Shown here: positions 23,475 to 36,491 of the stretch, in pieces
How positions within the stretch are numbered: the first letter of the stretch is position 1
Layout: every line of letters begins with the position of its first letter
DNA from: Ophelia neglecta
Taxonomy: Eukaryota
Reading direction: 5' to 3'
NCBI GenBank assembly: GCA_965285935.1
Contig: OZ260667.1
Location: forward strand, 71,486,001 to 71,550,000
Length of the DNA stretch: 64,000 nt
The notes under the pieces: generated by a model
The model's database searches: none
Told to the model about the DNA's origin: nothing
What the model saw: only the letters and a program-made list of their open reading frames with translations
Position numbers and translations under genes: made by a program

Positions 23475-26400
23475 AGAAGGCCTGCATTGCCAAACAATTA
23501 CGAAGTGGCATTGCAAAGACTGAGCAATGCAGAAAAAAGATTGTTCAGAAATCCAGAACTAAGTCAGGCATACCGAAATGTATTGCAAGGTTACCTAGAC
23601 AAGAGGTACATTCGACAGGTGGCGCCACAGGAACAGGAACCCAATGAACTTTGGTATCTGCCACATTTTCCTGTATTACGGCCTGACAAGAGTACGACCA
23701 AGGTGCGCATAGTATTCGATGCGGCCGCCAAATGTGATGGTATATCAGTCAATGATGTTGTCAATGAAGGACCGAAACTGCAGAATGATCTAGTAGCTGT
23801 TCTCCTACGATTCCGTCGAGAATCCATTGCTCTAACAAGCGACGTGGCTGAAATGTACCTACAAATACGTTTGAAATCCGAAGACCGGCCATTTCATAGA
23901 TTTTAATGGCGGGACTTAGATCAAAGTAAGCCACCAGATGTCCACGAATTTTCGAGAGTAGTATTCGGCATGGGTTCATCTCCGTTTATGGCACAATTCA
24001 TATCTCAGTTTCATGCCAGACAGCATCAGGCAGAATATCCACTAGCAGCAGAGACCGTCTTGCAGGGAACCTACATGGACGATAGCCTCGACTCTGTAGC
24101 TGATGAGGATACGGCTATTGAACTCTACAAGCAGTTATCAGGCTTGTGGGCATCCGCAGGTATGCATGCTCGGAAGTGGATATCAAATTCTCCGACGGTA
24201 CTACAGAACATTCCATCTGCAGATTGCATTAGTGCTGTAAATTTGGACAAAGATCCAGTGCCATGCATAAAACATTGGGTGTGCTTTGGATTCCAGAGAG
24301 CGACACATTCCATTTCTCTGTTAATCCCCCGGGCAGTGAACATGAAATTACAAAGCGAAGATCCATTGGGTTTCCTAGTCCCATTCACTGTCCAGGCAAG
24401 GATACTACTGCAGGATATGTGGGCTGCTGGTTTGGCCTGGGATGAAACTCCTGATGTAGAACTGGTGAAAAGAGCACAAAAATGGTTCTGCGAATTGGAG
24501 GACTTGGCACATATCACTATTCCTCGCTGTCTCAAAATCAGGAAAGAACTGGACAATGTAGCTCTCCATTTTTCGTAGATGCATCAGAGATGGCTTATGG
24601 AGGAGCTGCATATACCAGACACCAATATACGGATGGGACAGTCACTTGTAGGTTAGTCAGTGCAAAGTCACGTGTTGCACCTCTGAATGCCGTGAGCATA
24701 ACTAGACTTGAACTTATGGCAGCTATCGTAGGACTCAGAATGTTGGAACCTGTGGCAAAAGCTCTGAACATTTCGAAATCTGACTGTCAATTTTGGTCAG
24801 ATAGCATGGACGTCCTTTATTGGATCAGGGGAAACAGTCGCAAATTTAAGCCATTCGTAGCTAATCGTGTTGGTGACATTCAAGCTTCTACTGAACCCTC
24901 TCAGTGGAGGTACGTGCCGACAGATGAGAATCCGGCAGATATGCTTACTCGTGGACTCTCCGTATCTAGCCTTATAGACGAGGATAAATGGTGGAACGGT
25001 CCTAAATTTCTGCATTCAGATACTGCAGGCTGGCCAGAAACTCCTATATTGACCAAATCAAACCAGGACAAAGAACTCAGAAAACAGTACAGAGAGCTCG
25101 ATTGTACTGTAAGTACAGGAGCACCAGACAAAGATGTTGCTCTTGTAACATCTACAGAACCAGCCATGTGTGACAAACTAGACCCCTCACGTTTCTCTAA
25201 CTGGGTCAAATTGACCAGGTTGATGGCCAGAGTGATGAGATTTGTAGACAATTGTCGCTTGCCAGAGCCACTCCGTAGAACAGGGCCAATTCAGCCAGCA
25301 GAGCTTGCTGATTCTCAAAGACACTTCATCAAAATAGCTCAGCAAGAGCAATTTGGAGAAGACATTCGTAAATTGTGAGCCGGTCAGCAGTTACCCAGCA
25401 ACTCACAGCTCAGACCTCTGAAACCAATGTTGGATGAGGAGGGCATTCTACGATGTGATGGTCGATTGTGCTTCGCCGAATGCTTGTCGTGGGAAACAAG
25501 ATACCCAGTTATTTTGCCACGTCGACACCACGTCACCACATTGATCGTTAAGGAGGCACATGAACAGTGTCAGCATGGTGGGACAAATCAGGTGCTTTCA
25601 CACCTCTCCAGGTGCTTTTGGATTGTCTCTGCTAGAGAGGCAATAAGAGGATGGGAGAGAAAGTGTATGAGATGTAAGTTGAGGAAAGCATCTCCTGCCA
25701 GCCAAGTGATGGCACCACTTGAAGAACTTCGAACGCGTATGTCGCTTCGGGCATTCACTCAAACTGCAGTCGATTTCGCTGGTCCGTTTATTACAAGGCA
25801 ACGCAGAGGAAGAATCCGTGAAAAGAGATATTTATGTCTATTTACATGTTTGCAAACCAGAGCAGTTCATCTGGAACTAGCCTACCGCTTAGACACGGAT
25901 TCGTTTTTGAATTCCTTTTTCCGCATGGTTTCTCGTAGAGGCCTACCGAGGGACATGGTCTCGGATAATGGAACTAACTTCATAGGGGCGGACAGAGAGT
26001 TACGTGAACTTGTCGCTGCACTTGATCAAAATAAGATACAGGAATCAACAGCCAATCGCGGAGTGCAGTGGCATTTCAACCCCCCTGGAGCACCACACTT
26101 TAATGGTGCTCACGAAATAATGATGTAACAGATGAGGAACTGTTGACTGCCATTGTAGGTGCTGAAGGCTTAATCAATTCTCGGCCACTCACTTACCAAA
26201 GTGCGAACTGTGATGACTACGTACCATTGACGCCCAACCATTTCCTCCATGGGCAAATAGGAGAAGAATTTGCTCCCGAGTCAGTTGACAGCACTGATTT
26301 CAGTCCCCGGAAGCGATGGCGACGCATTCAGGAACTAACGCGACAATTTTGGAACAGATGGCTACGTGAATGGCTTCCTGGACTGAACACACGTAAAAAA

Positions 26401-26613
26401 TGGAGCCAAACGCGTGATGACATTCATGTAGGGGAAGTAGTACTAGTCCTTATGCCGGACACCCCTAGAGGCAAATGGCCCCTGGGTAGAGTAATCAAGA
26501 CTTTCCCAGGTCGTGACGGCCATGTCCGAACAGCTGATATCAAGGTTGGACAAACTATTCTTCGTCGTCCCATAGCAAAGCTATGCCCATTGGAACAAGG
26601 CCGCGATGAGTAA
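23475..26613 (+). pseudogene. pol: Disrupted BEL/Pao pol: reverse transcriptase, RNase H (Pao-type DAS motif), integrase, C-terminal DUF5641-like region
   Basis: Motifs: LPNNYEVALQRL, WYLPHFPV..KSTTKVRIVFDA, GPKLQNDL, DVAEMYLQI, YMDD (24072), DPLG, DASEMAYG, KSRVAP..RLEL, HHCC zinc finger, VDFAGP/SDNGTNF/HE, PLTPNHFL, WPLGRV. Lesions: stops at 23904 and 25376, frameshifts at ~24270 and ~24570, deletions at ~24359 and ~26122. Confidence 0.95.
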
Positions 26614-26870
26614 CAAGCAGATACATTAAATTTAGTTAATAATTTCATCTTAAAGATTTACGAGAATCTGCTCACAGGATAATCAATATGACGCTTTTTC
26701 GGAAAAAAAATTATTCAGTAAAACATATAATTTATATCGTAAAGTTCAATTGGATACACAGACAGTTCAATTTGGAATATCTTATTACCATTAGAAGCTA
26801 TGCGGACATGCATAAGTATTATGAACTTTTAGTTAAATTTAGTTGATATTTCATATCAGAAAGCGGAGGA

Positions 26871-27118
26871 TGTTGTGCAGACTTTTGGTTAAATTGCCCA
26901 GTTTAAGTAATAGGACACTTTTAGCTTTAAGTTCAGTCAGTGACCACTAGGTGCGCTGCAAATTGTTATTGAATGTAAATGAAGGTCAAGGCCTTCAGGT
27001 TGAGTTTGGTACTTGTTTTGTTTGCCATGGACGATTATGAGCAGGAAATAAACTTAGAAATATAGAGGTAACATTAGTCGTGACATTTCTTGTTTAGTGT
27101 TAAACTTTCGCCGGAACA
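26871..27118 (+). repeat. Putative 3' LTR (248 bp) of the BEL/Pao element
   Basis: The purine-rich AGAAAGCGGAGGA (26858-26870) directly precedes TGTT. AATAAA is at 27047 and the segment ends in AACA (27115-27118). No 5' LTR is present to confirm the right boundary. Confidence 0.7.
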
Positions 27119-30100
27119 TAAATAATAGACATAACCCCTATAAAACATAGCAAATATTTTAACAATATATTTAAAGCACCATGCCGCAACCCGGGTTCCC
27201 ACTCAATGTAAAACAAAACACATTGGAAGGGCACTTGGCCACAGTGCGGTGCACCAGTCATAACAGAGAATTAGTCAAGAATTAATAGAGTAAGTTGACA
27301 GAGCGGTTCATAAATGCCCAATAAAATTCAGATCTTTCATATAATTGTACTTACCCTATGAATAATAATTGCTCACACATTATTTAATGATTTTGTTGCC
27401 ATGGCGCCCAGAAACCTCATAGTGGCTGTGACATAGGATGCTCTTAGAGGGTTAGAATCATATGTGTATTGTAATGGAATGCATATGTATAAATGAATAT
27501 CATGATAAGAGACTAAAGTGCAACAGATTAAATAACAGCGTTGTTTTTCTACGCCCCAAGTGACTTATGTACGTATATAGTTTATACGTATAATAAGAAA
27601 GATGTAATCGTTGATATACTGCAGCAAACTAAATTATTAGACTGTATATTGTACATATATTACACAGTGGGAAGAAAAGGGAGTAGATTTTATGCAGACA
27701 GAGCATTAATGTCCCTCTCCGATACAGCCAATAAACGTGCAATGAATATGAAAAATATTAGTCCTAATAGTGAAAGCACATTGCAATGATAGGTAGTCAA
27801 CAATTTTCCACGATGCGAGTCAGACCACAAAACAAACGAGCCGGAGGTCAACGTAGGTCAGAGAGGAAATATGCCCTGGGATATTCAGTGATGGCTAACA
27901 AAATGGCGTATAATTGCATTCTTTGCAACTCATTTCGAGCAAAGAAAAAGTCCGACCTTGGTGGAATAGTGGTTACACTGGTGAGTTTTTGTTGGTTACT
28001 TCCTGTCATATCCCGCTGTAATGAGGGTTAGGGAAGCTTAACGAGCCTCGTAAATCGCCTCGCCTGAAGGGGGAAATAGTCTGGGTTGGCGAGGTGATTG
28101 ATTCATGTTACATTCAAGCATACAAGGCTTTTCTGCCAAGGCAAAAAGGTAAGATTAGGTGACTAATCCATCATGCCCCGCTTTGTTAGGGTACTCGTAG
28201 ACTACAGGCAGGATGGTGCGGGGTGTAGGGGTGGGGGGAAGGAATGTAAATGAAACACCTTTAGCTTCTAGGGTGATCTATCAGGCAGATAGGGTTGTTG
28301 GGCGAGGTTTGGGGTAAGGAGGTGATGGGGGGGAAGGGGCGGCCGAGGGTTTTTGGTGTAGAGGGATGGTAGGAAGGGAGAGGGGACGGCCGGTGGGTGC
28401 TTGGTTAAAGGGGCAGGGGAAAAGAGGCGGAGTGACTCTCGGGGATGTGGATAAGAAGGGGGGAGGGGGGTTTATCGGACTGTAAATCAGAAATTGTTTG
28501 GTTACCAGAAAAGTTTCATCTCGTGAACCTTTCCTGTCAGAGAATGCCCTGCTGAGTTCTGGGTTCCACACATAACCACGCGGTATCCTTCCTCAACGAA
28601 CCCATTACATGTCGTAAATATATTATGAAATGTAACTCATGAAAAATGTTTGGTGAAAATTATATTTTCTCACAATTGGGTTAGATAGAATGGCCCAAAC
28701 CAAAATGATTTAAAGAAAAGTGGGCTACTGCGATCTTACCTGTAGGTCAAGGGTTTCTTCTATTGGTTATTAACACTAGCTAGTCAAACAATAGCGCTTG
28801 GACATAGGACTGTATCAATCCTGCCTTTCTACATATGGTTTGAGTTCAGTTCACAGTCACTCATATTTCAATGGCATTGAATTTGGATAGATGCAGAACA
28901 TGTGAGCGTGATATATTACCCCAGTCGTATCACCTGTATTGTTTCTTTTGTAAATGCCCAACACATATTGGCTGCATGACCGTCTGTTAAACAGACTCTC
29001 TTTACACTAATCGAGACACTAATGACTGAATATGTCCGTCTTGCTCCTCTGATATATTCCCGTTTAATCACATACTGCACGAGACAGAGTTTTCGTTTTC
29101 TGTTGTCATTCAGGACATTGTATATGCCATCAGTAGAGAGCCTGGATAATATATATTTTATATATGCGCGCGTATGAAATTATGCGAGTGTCGGTCTGTA
29201 CATCATACTTTCTCTTTGCAATGATTCACACTGCATGTATTTATTTCATAATTTTGTCATGCTGTTTCTTTAAAGAATCTACTTTCTATGGTGATGCGAC
29301 CACGATTGACTTTGTGCATTCAAATTAAAACAACGTCGCTTCTGGTGTGGAATAAGGTTATATTATGAAATATAACAGGTTACAAGCATTCACAAATGAG
29401 AGAGGAAGAACCTTACTCACCAAATATAATGACTCGGAAACAATGCATATCAAAACATAAATCACACAGTTGATAAACTGTTTTAATACCATATATAGAT
29501 AATAACATAAAGTACAAAAACGTTGATACCATATCTTTCCTCTGTACACCTCGACCAAGCAAATACGTGTCTGCATGGCGAAGTTTGCAATTATCCAAAT
29601 GGACTATGGGGATGGTGCTGGGAATGAAAGCTTCCTGATTTACATTGTCACAGTTACAGCTGAAATGACTGGAATTTTGCATGCCTGGGTCGTCCCGCAT
29701 GGCTGCACAAAGGTAGGCCAAACCATTTTCCATAGCTGCTATATTGGACTGGTCCATAATGAATGTAGAAAAGGCATTCTTAGCATGTAAACACATAATG
29801 TACATAACCGTTACTTAAGGAAAAAAACATCAATAAGATATTTTGAAAAGTTGACTTATTCTAAGTGACTCAACACTTTGTAAAACACTGATATCATTCG
29901 CATATATTAATAATACATCTCTATAGGTTATCGATACACAGAAAGCTTACAATAATTACACAAATCATTTTAGGGTGCCAATATATTTGTTTTAGTTATA
30001 TGGAAGAGACACACAAGACAAGTCTCTTGATTTATTTTATATTTTTACTATTATCTTCTTGTGCTATTTTTATTAATTCTGATCTTACGAAGTATCATAA

Positions 30101-30608
30101 ATGTTCATTGTATATAATATGACACGTGAATAAAATGGTGTTGAAATAAAATGTATTTGAGTTGAAACTATGCTAGCAGACAAAAATAAACAGTCTTAAC
30201 CTTGATACAAAATTGTCTTGGCATTTCAAAGAGTACATTGGCATGATCGGAAAAGCCGGAATACATTCGTGTAATGGGCAAAAGCAATGATACAAGGGTT
30301 TTTTGTTAGGTTTTCACTATCAATTTTATGCTTTTTTGGAAGTATTTATTCAAATTGTATTCCAAGTTTTTGGCCGTAAACCCTTTAATAGCAAGCATTG
30401 TGGCGGTGGCCAATGTGGTGGAATCGTGTGAACTTTACTGTAAAAGCTAATCTTTATATGTTGGATTACTTAAAGTGGAACATAGTACACGTTTGTGGGT
30501 AAAGCTAGCCAGACATGTGATTTTATGCAAATCCTGTGATCAAAAATAATGGGTTCGCAAATTGAAAGTGACACCCTTGTGGAAGGTTTACATTGCTGTG
30601 TATATGCC

Positions 30609-30960
30609 TTTATCATATACCTAACAAGTATCCTAGTCACTGATTGGTCAGTCACCTGAACCATATAAACTTGTATTGTTCAGACGGAATCCAGTATTAC
30701 TTAGTTCCTGGGGAATACCTTAAAGGTTGGAGGGGAATCCCCTAAATGACGTCATAGCAGCCTCGTTTTTCGATCTAGGTCATCACCTGATGAACTGGGA
30801 GTCGGTGTAGTTCAATACATTTTTCCTACTGTCCGAAAGAAGGAATTTGTCAACTTGTTAGGTATATGATAAAACCGTAACGCCATACTTGAACGTTGAA
30901 TACGGTGTGGTACGCCAACCTAGCAACCTGTATGCCCTTCAGCCTTCGGCTTCAGGGCAT
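30609..30960. mobile_element. Non-autonomous element with subterminal inverted repeat and terminal hairpin (Crypton-like architecture)
   Basis: Perfect 21-bp IR TTTATCATATACCTAACAAGT (30609-30629) / ACTTGTTAGGTATATGATAAA (30853-30873), then the hairpin ATGCCCT-TC-AGCC-TTC-GGCT-TC-AGGGCAT (~30932-30960). The family assignment is inference. Confidence 0.55.
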
Positions 30961-32490
30961 GTAACTGATAGTATCATATTCGATAAATTCGAAACACAAT
31001 GAAACACATTAAAGTCTTTAGTGCTATATTACATCCACGTGTGATATCACACTTAAACATATTCACCTGAGGATTTACTTCTCTCGCTTGAAAGGTTTAT
31101 GCTAACTAAATGACATCTTGTCTGCCTTTCCCTGGTCATTTTTCTATAACAGTGTTTCCTGTTGCCACATAATTCTCGCCTCAATTTTCTATAAGCGCCT
31201 TTTTTGGTTAAAACCAAAAATATTAAAATCAGCCGCCAAAGCAACACACACAAATTAATAAATCAATATCCCGCACACCGACAGTAAATAAACATGAAAC
31301 AAAATAAAATGTTCCATAGCAAAAGTTGATATTATTGCAATGAAAAGTAGTAAACTGTTTTCCATGATGCGATTCAGATCACAAAACACACGGACTAATG
31401 GTTAAAGTAGGACAACGATGAAAAATGACCGGAAAGAGTCAAGTCAATGCATTCGGGTCACTAAACAATGGTCCTCGAAACGTAGCGTTCCTCAGGCCAT
31501 TATTATCTGGATAAGGATTACGTTACGCTGACCAATGTTGATGTGTGCTAGTCAGGGTTATGTCCGCGTTTACATATATTTTGCAACGATTTAGAAACAT
31601 ATTTTATTAAATATATTGTTATGTAAATGATACATCTAGTGTGTTTTACATGACATGACAGTATTCAGGGTTTATAAGCCAGTTAGACGAATAGTATTGT
31701 TCTTGTTTTGCCGGATATCCGCTCCCGCTTATTTACCCACCTGCGGCCCGTATATGGGTGTGCATCTAACATCACCATTGAACTGGCCTGACTTAATTAG
31801 GATTTTTCGTTAAAGCGGACCTTCTTTGTAAAAAGTGATCATGTTTAATACTGGCCAGGCTGCATTCAAACATAAGGGAATGTTCATTCAATCTGTATGA
31901 AAGAACATTTTTGAACGATCAACCGTCCTTTATCGCTGAAGGGATACGTTTTGGTTTAGATAACTTAAACATATCAGCCGCCATGTGTCGTTGCATAGGT
32001 ACGTCACGTGCAATTGTTTTGAACGATAAAAATCAATTTGCATTGAAAATTCGGCTGTAACTGTTGAAAACCAAACTTTATGTTTGGATAAACTATAACA
32101 AAGATAAAAATCGAATCTCTGTCATATAAAATGGTAGGTACCTTCATTTACTTACCAGGATTAGTCAAGGCATAATTTTATATGCTTAATGGTAAGTAAT
32201 TCGAAAGCGCCTATAACATTTCATATGAAACAGCGTGTTTCTCACTAAGCCCACTTCTTTTGGTAGCCGGCGAGCGGCCGCAGGCGAGGGGCTCAGAATT
32301 TATCCTAACCCTTTATTTTGATTCTGCCGTGTCCCACAGTTTTAGCCCAATATTCAGGGACTTTAACCGGTGAATAGTCATGCAACAAAGCCGACAGCCG
32401 GAAACTAGCCTTCACAAGCCTTTATCATCAAAGTTTTGGTTATTGAGACCAACAGTGTACGTCGGCGCATGACTGTTTGGAATGAAATAG

Positions 32491-33110
32491 CGAGCCATAA
32501 GAATGGTCTTTGGGAAGTCCCGATCCGCGCCCTCCGCACCAATATTCTTAGAAAACAACATTCTAACTGTTGACTCTATATTTCAATATAAACTTCATAT
32601 ATTTATATTTAAATTCCTTAATGGGAAATTACCAAGAATTATCTCGATGTTACTACAATTTAACTTTCAAGTTCATGCATATCCCACTCGCCAATCATGT
32701 AATCTCCATCTACCAATTGTAAAGACTAATGTATTAAAGAATCACATTTTATATCAGAGTATTACGACATACAACAATGCCAGAAATTTCTTAGATTATA
32801 ACTGTTCTATTCATACGTTTAAAAAAATGGTAAAATCTTTTCTCTGTTTGTAAATCATTCTCGCTTGTATTGTACTACATAACTATGGTACTGATTTTTC
32901 CAATCCATCTGTGCCGTGTACAGCAATGCACCTATTTTGTAATTTTTCTTATATAGATCTGTTGCATACGTTTATGGCGCAGCAATAAAAATTTTAATAG
33001 TAGCAGAGGCCCATATAGGCTAAAGTTAGCCTCAGGAGCCAATTAGATTGTTTAAACACATTGTACACAATATCTCGATTAATAAAGAAAGATCAAATGT
33101 CAAAAAAAAA
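32491..33110 (+). mobile_element. 5'-truncated LINE 3' end (CR1/L2/Crack-group ORF2 C-terminus plus 3' UTR)
   Basis: RAIRMV..SAPIFLENNILTV..FIFK..HAYPTRQ..LHLP..YN..SIHTFKKMVKSFL matches the typical ORF2 terminus of this group. AATAAA at 33081 is followed by an A-rich repeat tail. Confidence 0.8.
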
Positions 33111-33354
33111 TGTCAAATAGAAAGTGGCAATAAAAATTAGGAATTAAACAGAAGACTACCATGTAAAAGGAAACCACCTCAGATTATTGTGCACTTGCTT
33201 TTAGTTAAATTTAGTTAACCCCTGTTGACAGAGATTCATTGTATAACTAAGACCTGACAACAGTACAGATTTATTGTGTACCAGGCTATGATGACAAGTA
33301 AATTTACTGTTAAATGTAAAAATCTGATTAAGTATCAAAACTAAACTTAAAATG

Positions 33355-33388
<34 letters not shown>

Positions 33389-36254
33389 AGCCCCTTCTTA
33401 GTACTATCCAGCGATTAATTGTTCGCATGTAAATTCAGTATCTCACTCAGAACAAATTATATGAAAGTAAAGCACTGCTTGGGACTGAATGATGCGTATA
33501 TATCGTTGTACCTTTCGACTAGATATCAAACTTTCAATGAACGCTGCTATTCCTAACAAAACCTACCTAAACTTTTCATCCCCCCCCCCCGGGTGCTTTT
33601 TTTTATAAAGATAGCTTGCAATTTCCTGTTACTACAAAATTGCCACAGAGACTGCAGGCAGAAAGTTGATTTGTTTTATAGATCGGAAGTTAGGTTGTTT
33701 GCAAATGTTATGGCCTCAGGCGTCAGCATGACCAGATAATGTGCCTAAGTGGTTATCTGTTTCCACCATTTGTGTAATTATATCATATGTTAAACGCGTA
33801 GTAAAAATCATTATGCTATGCGACATACTACGGTATTGTAAATAGTTGAACGTGTACGGTTACTGTAAATTGCTACCAGAAATAATGTTTGTTTTTTCAT
33901 ATCGTTATAAGACAAGATAAAAATGTTATTTTGTTCTTTGATTCTTTGCCATGAAAACCAGATCACTCAGCTGTGTAAAACGCTCTATGCTTTCAAGTCG
34001 ATGTTGAATAATGCATAACATCTACAGGAACCCAAGGCCATTCTGTTATCTTTAAACCGGTTTATACGGGGAATTCAACATTCAAGGGTGTTGAAGGAAA
34101 TCTTCTAGACCTGTAATTGTACTATTCTTTCAAAAAGGGGCTAAGACCTGCAACATCTACGTAACCAGAAGCCAATTATTGAAACACGCAACCGAGGAAT
34201 TTTGGAATATCCTACGCTTAACAGAAAGAAAATGCGGCAATATTCATCTGCTTAAATCCGTTCATGGATCTGTATGGAGCCAGAGCTACGATGACAAACA
34301 TTGATATGCATGATTTTTGTGGCAATTGTCTCTATGTTTGTCTGTCTGTCAGAGCTCATTCTGAAGTACACACAACCAAAACAGTCAAGTTAGTCAAAAG
34401 CCGATCATACTGAAATACAAATATTTCTGCATAAAATCAAGTCAGTTTATCAGCCCATCAAACTCGTAAGCGGCTAGTAAGATTTAACCGCTGTGTAAAA
34501 TAGATGTATTTTTAGCAAAGGATATAGCTAGGGATATCATGTTTCCTTTTAGTCACCTCCTTCGTGACCTCCTTCGTCCCCGAGCTTGGTATGAATTCGA
34601 TATAGGGTCGACTATAGAACTCTTGTGACACTACATTATAATCTAAATTTGGAGCATATTTGATGGTAATTTTATCCGGGGCGCCAATTCGTAGGGATAA
34701 ACGTAGGCCCTATGCACAAACACTCTCAAACTTGCCAAATGTAATATGTACACGTGATATATTTAATAAAAAGGGCATATATATAATGGCACAGTGTTCC
34801 CTCGAATAACAATTCGACTACGATTTTGGACGGTGTGTTGGCACGGTCTTTATCAAACCAGTCCTGTCCATAAAGCTAATATGAGGGAATACTCGCCTAT
34901 ATCACTTCTTCTCCTTCTCCAGTCAGCGCATGGACACATATATGTTGTAAGGGACTAATAGGAAGGTGCATCAATCATTTTTTGATATTCTTGATTGCCT
35001 TGTAATACTTTACTAGATCATATACAGGATGAGATGTACAGGATGTAAATTCGTCAAAGCTCAGCCCTATATGCATATATGATTTAAAAATTGTATACCA
35101 GGGTGTAATACAATTGGTATCTAGTTGAGCTTAACTTACTGCTGCTAACCAAATTTCTATCTAATAGTGTTAGTCGACCTGGAGCATTGTTTTTCAGGTC
35201 CAGTATATCAAGCCTGCATATTTTGTTTATGCATTCTATATAAATAAAAACGTCGTTAGTTCAACGTAAAGATTGTCACATGCCCTGATGTACTATTCTA
35301 AATACTCCTTCAGGCTAGATTGAAAGAGTACACTACACACGTGATTTAGAATATTCGTATTTAAGATTTATCAGTGCGAATAAGGCGAGGTCCTCTTAAA
35401 CCTTATTTTTTTTAAGCGGCTGTATAAGTGTCTGCGTCCGCTGAGCCATGCTGTTGCACCATACTCTTTCTATATATTGGGGTAAACTTTCATCACTTAT
35501 CAGTGAACACACGATTGCCTTTAATCAGGAAAGCAATAAATTGCCATGTATTGCTGGAAGTCCTAGCGCTTGCGGTTCCAAGGTAATATTTAATCACATG
35601 CTTATTACTCAGTGCACCGCTTTCCTTAAATACGTAATACCAATTACAGTAACCTTTCGAAGACTAAAGACTGGCTAGTTAAAAGGTGAGTTGCAAGTAC
35701 AAAAATTCGGGTTATGAGATAAACATGATTCTTGAATAGTTTATCAAATTGAAAGTGTGTGTGTGGGGGGGGGGGGGGGGGCAGGTGTATTTATAGATGG
35801 GGCACGGTGGGGAAGGTGGGATTAACGGTGTGGGGCGGCAGCCAGGGGGTGTTAAGGATGAAGAAAGTTATGGATGGGGCCACTGGAAAGGTGGTGGGGC
35901 TAGGGGATTAAGGGGATCGGCCACAAAATGTCACGTAAGGGAAGGAGATGAGGTGAAGAGGACAGAACGGGGGGGGGGGGGGGGGGGGGGAGCAAGTCAG
36001 CAGAAAATAGAGGGAAGGGGACTGGGAAGTGATACTCAGGAGGGGCACGGGCGAGCGGGGTGCGGATCACTGAGGTAACTGGTCTCGGGTAAGGACGGAG
36101 GAAAGCATGTAGGTGTGCCAATGATCCATAATGTATATTTATATCATTCTTGGATTCTATGATATGTATGGCAGAAAATATAACCAATTTGTACCATTAC
36201 ATGATCTATCTGCATCACGAATTAAACTATAAGAAACGGTGATTAAACCCCCTG

Positions 36255-36491
36255 GGTCCGGTATCTGGAAGTGGTCTTAACTCTTAACTCGGAGTAAAAT
36301 CAGGATTAAAGTGCTTAATCTGTCTTAACTCACTAATCGGGGTTTCTGGAAGCTTGGTTAGGTCTTAAACCTAGCCATTTTGGTCTTAAACTTCATCCTG
36401 GTCAGTGGAAACACTGCTTAACATGGCCTCAGCTAATCGGTCTTAGGCTAATCTCATCCCAAAACGTAAGACCCTTTCCAGAAACCGGCCC
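36255..36491. mobile_element. PIF/Harbinger-like MITE with CTG TSD
   Basis: TIRs GGTCCGGTATCTGGAA / TTCCAGAAACCGGCCC (14/16 match). CTG on both flanks (36252-36254, 36492-36494). Second copy at 5575-5794. Confidence 0.85.

Larger units (their letters stand above)
23475..27118 (+). mobile_element. BEL/Pao LTR retrotransposon, 5'-truncated (no gag, protease or 5' LTR)
   Basis: Pao pol motifs in RT-RH-IN order, followed by a polypurine tract and a TG...CA LTR. Confidence 0.95.

Noticed and set aside
23591-26648. Minus-strand and alternate-frame ORFs over the Pao element
   Set aside because: They are shadow ORFs of pol with no independent motifs.
30785-30815. Other CTGATGA hammerhead-like cores (also ~47065 and ~59509)
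   Set aside because: None has a stem II followed by GAAA and a cleavage triplet.
31067-31190. Exon-like segment on the minus strand
   Set aside because: The acceptor is weak, the one open frame has no recognisable motif, and there are no linked exons.
33357-33386. Poly(A) tract as a processed-pseudogene tail
   Set aside because: No canonical poly(A) signal, TSD or upstream coding similarity is visible.
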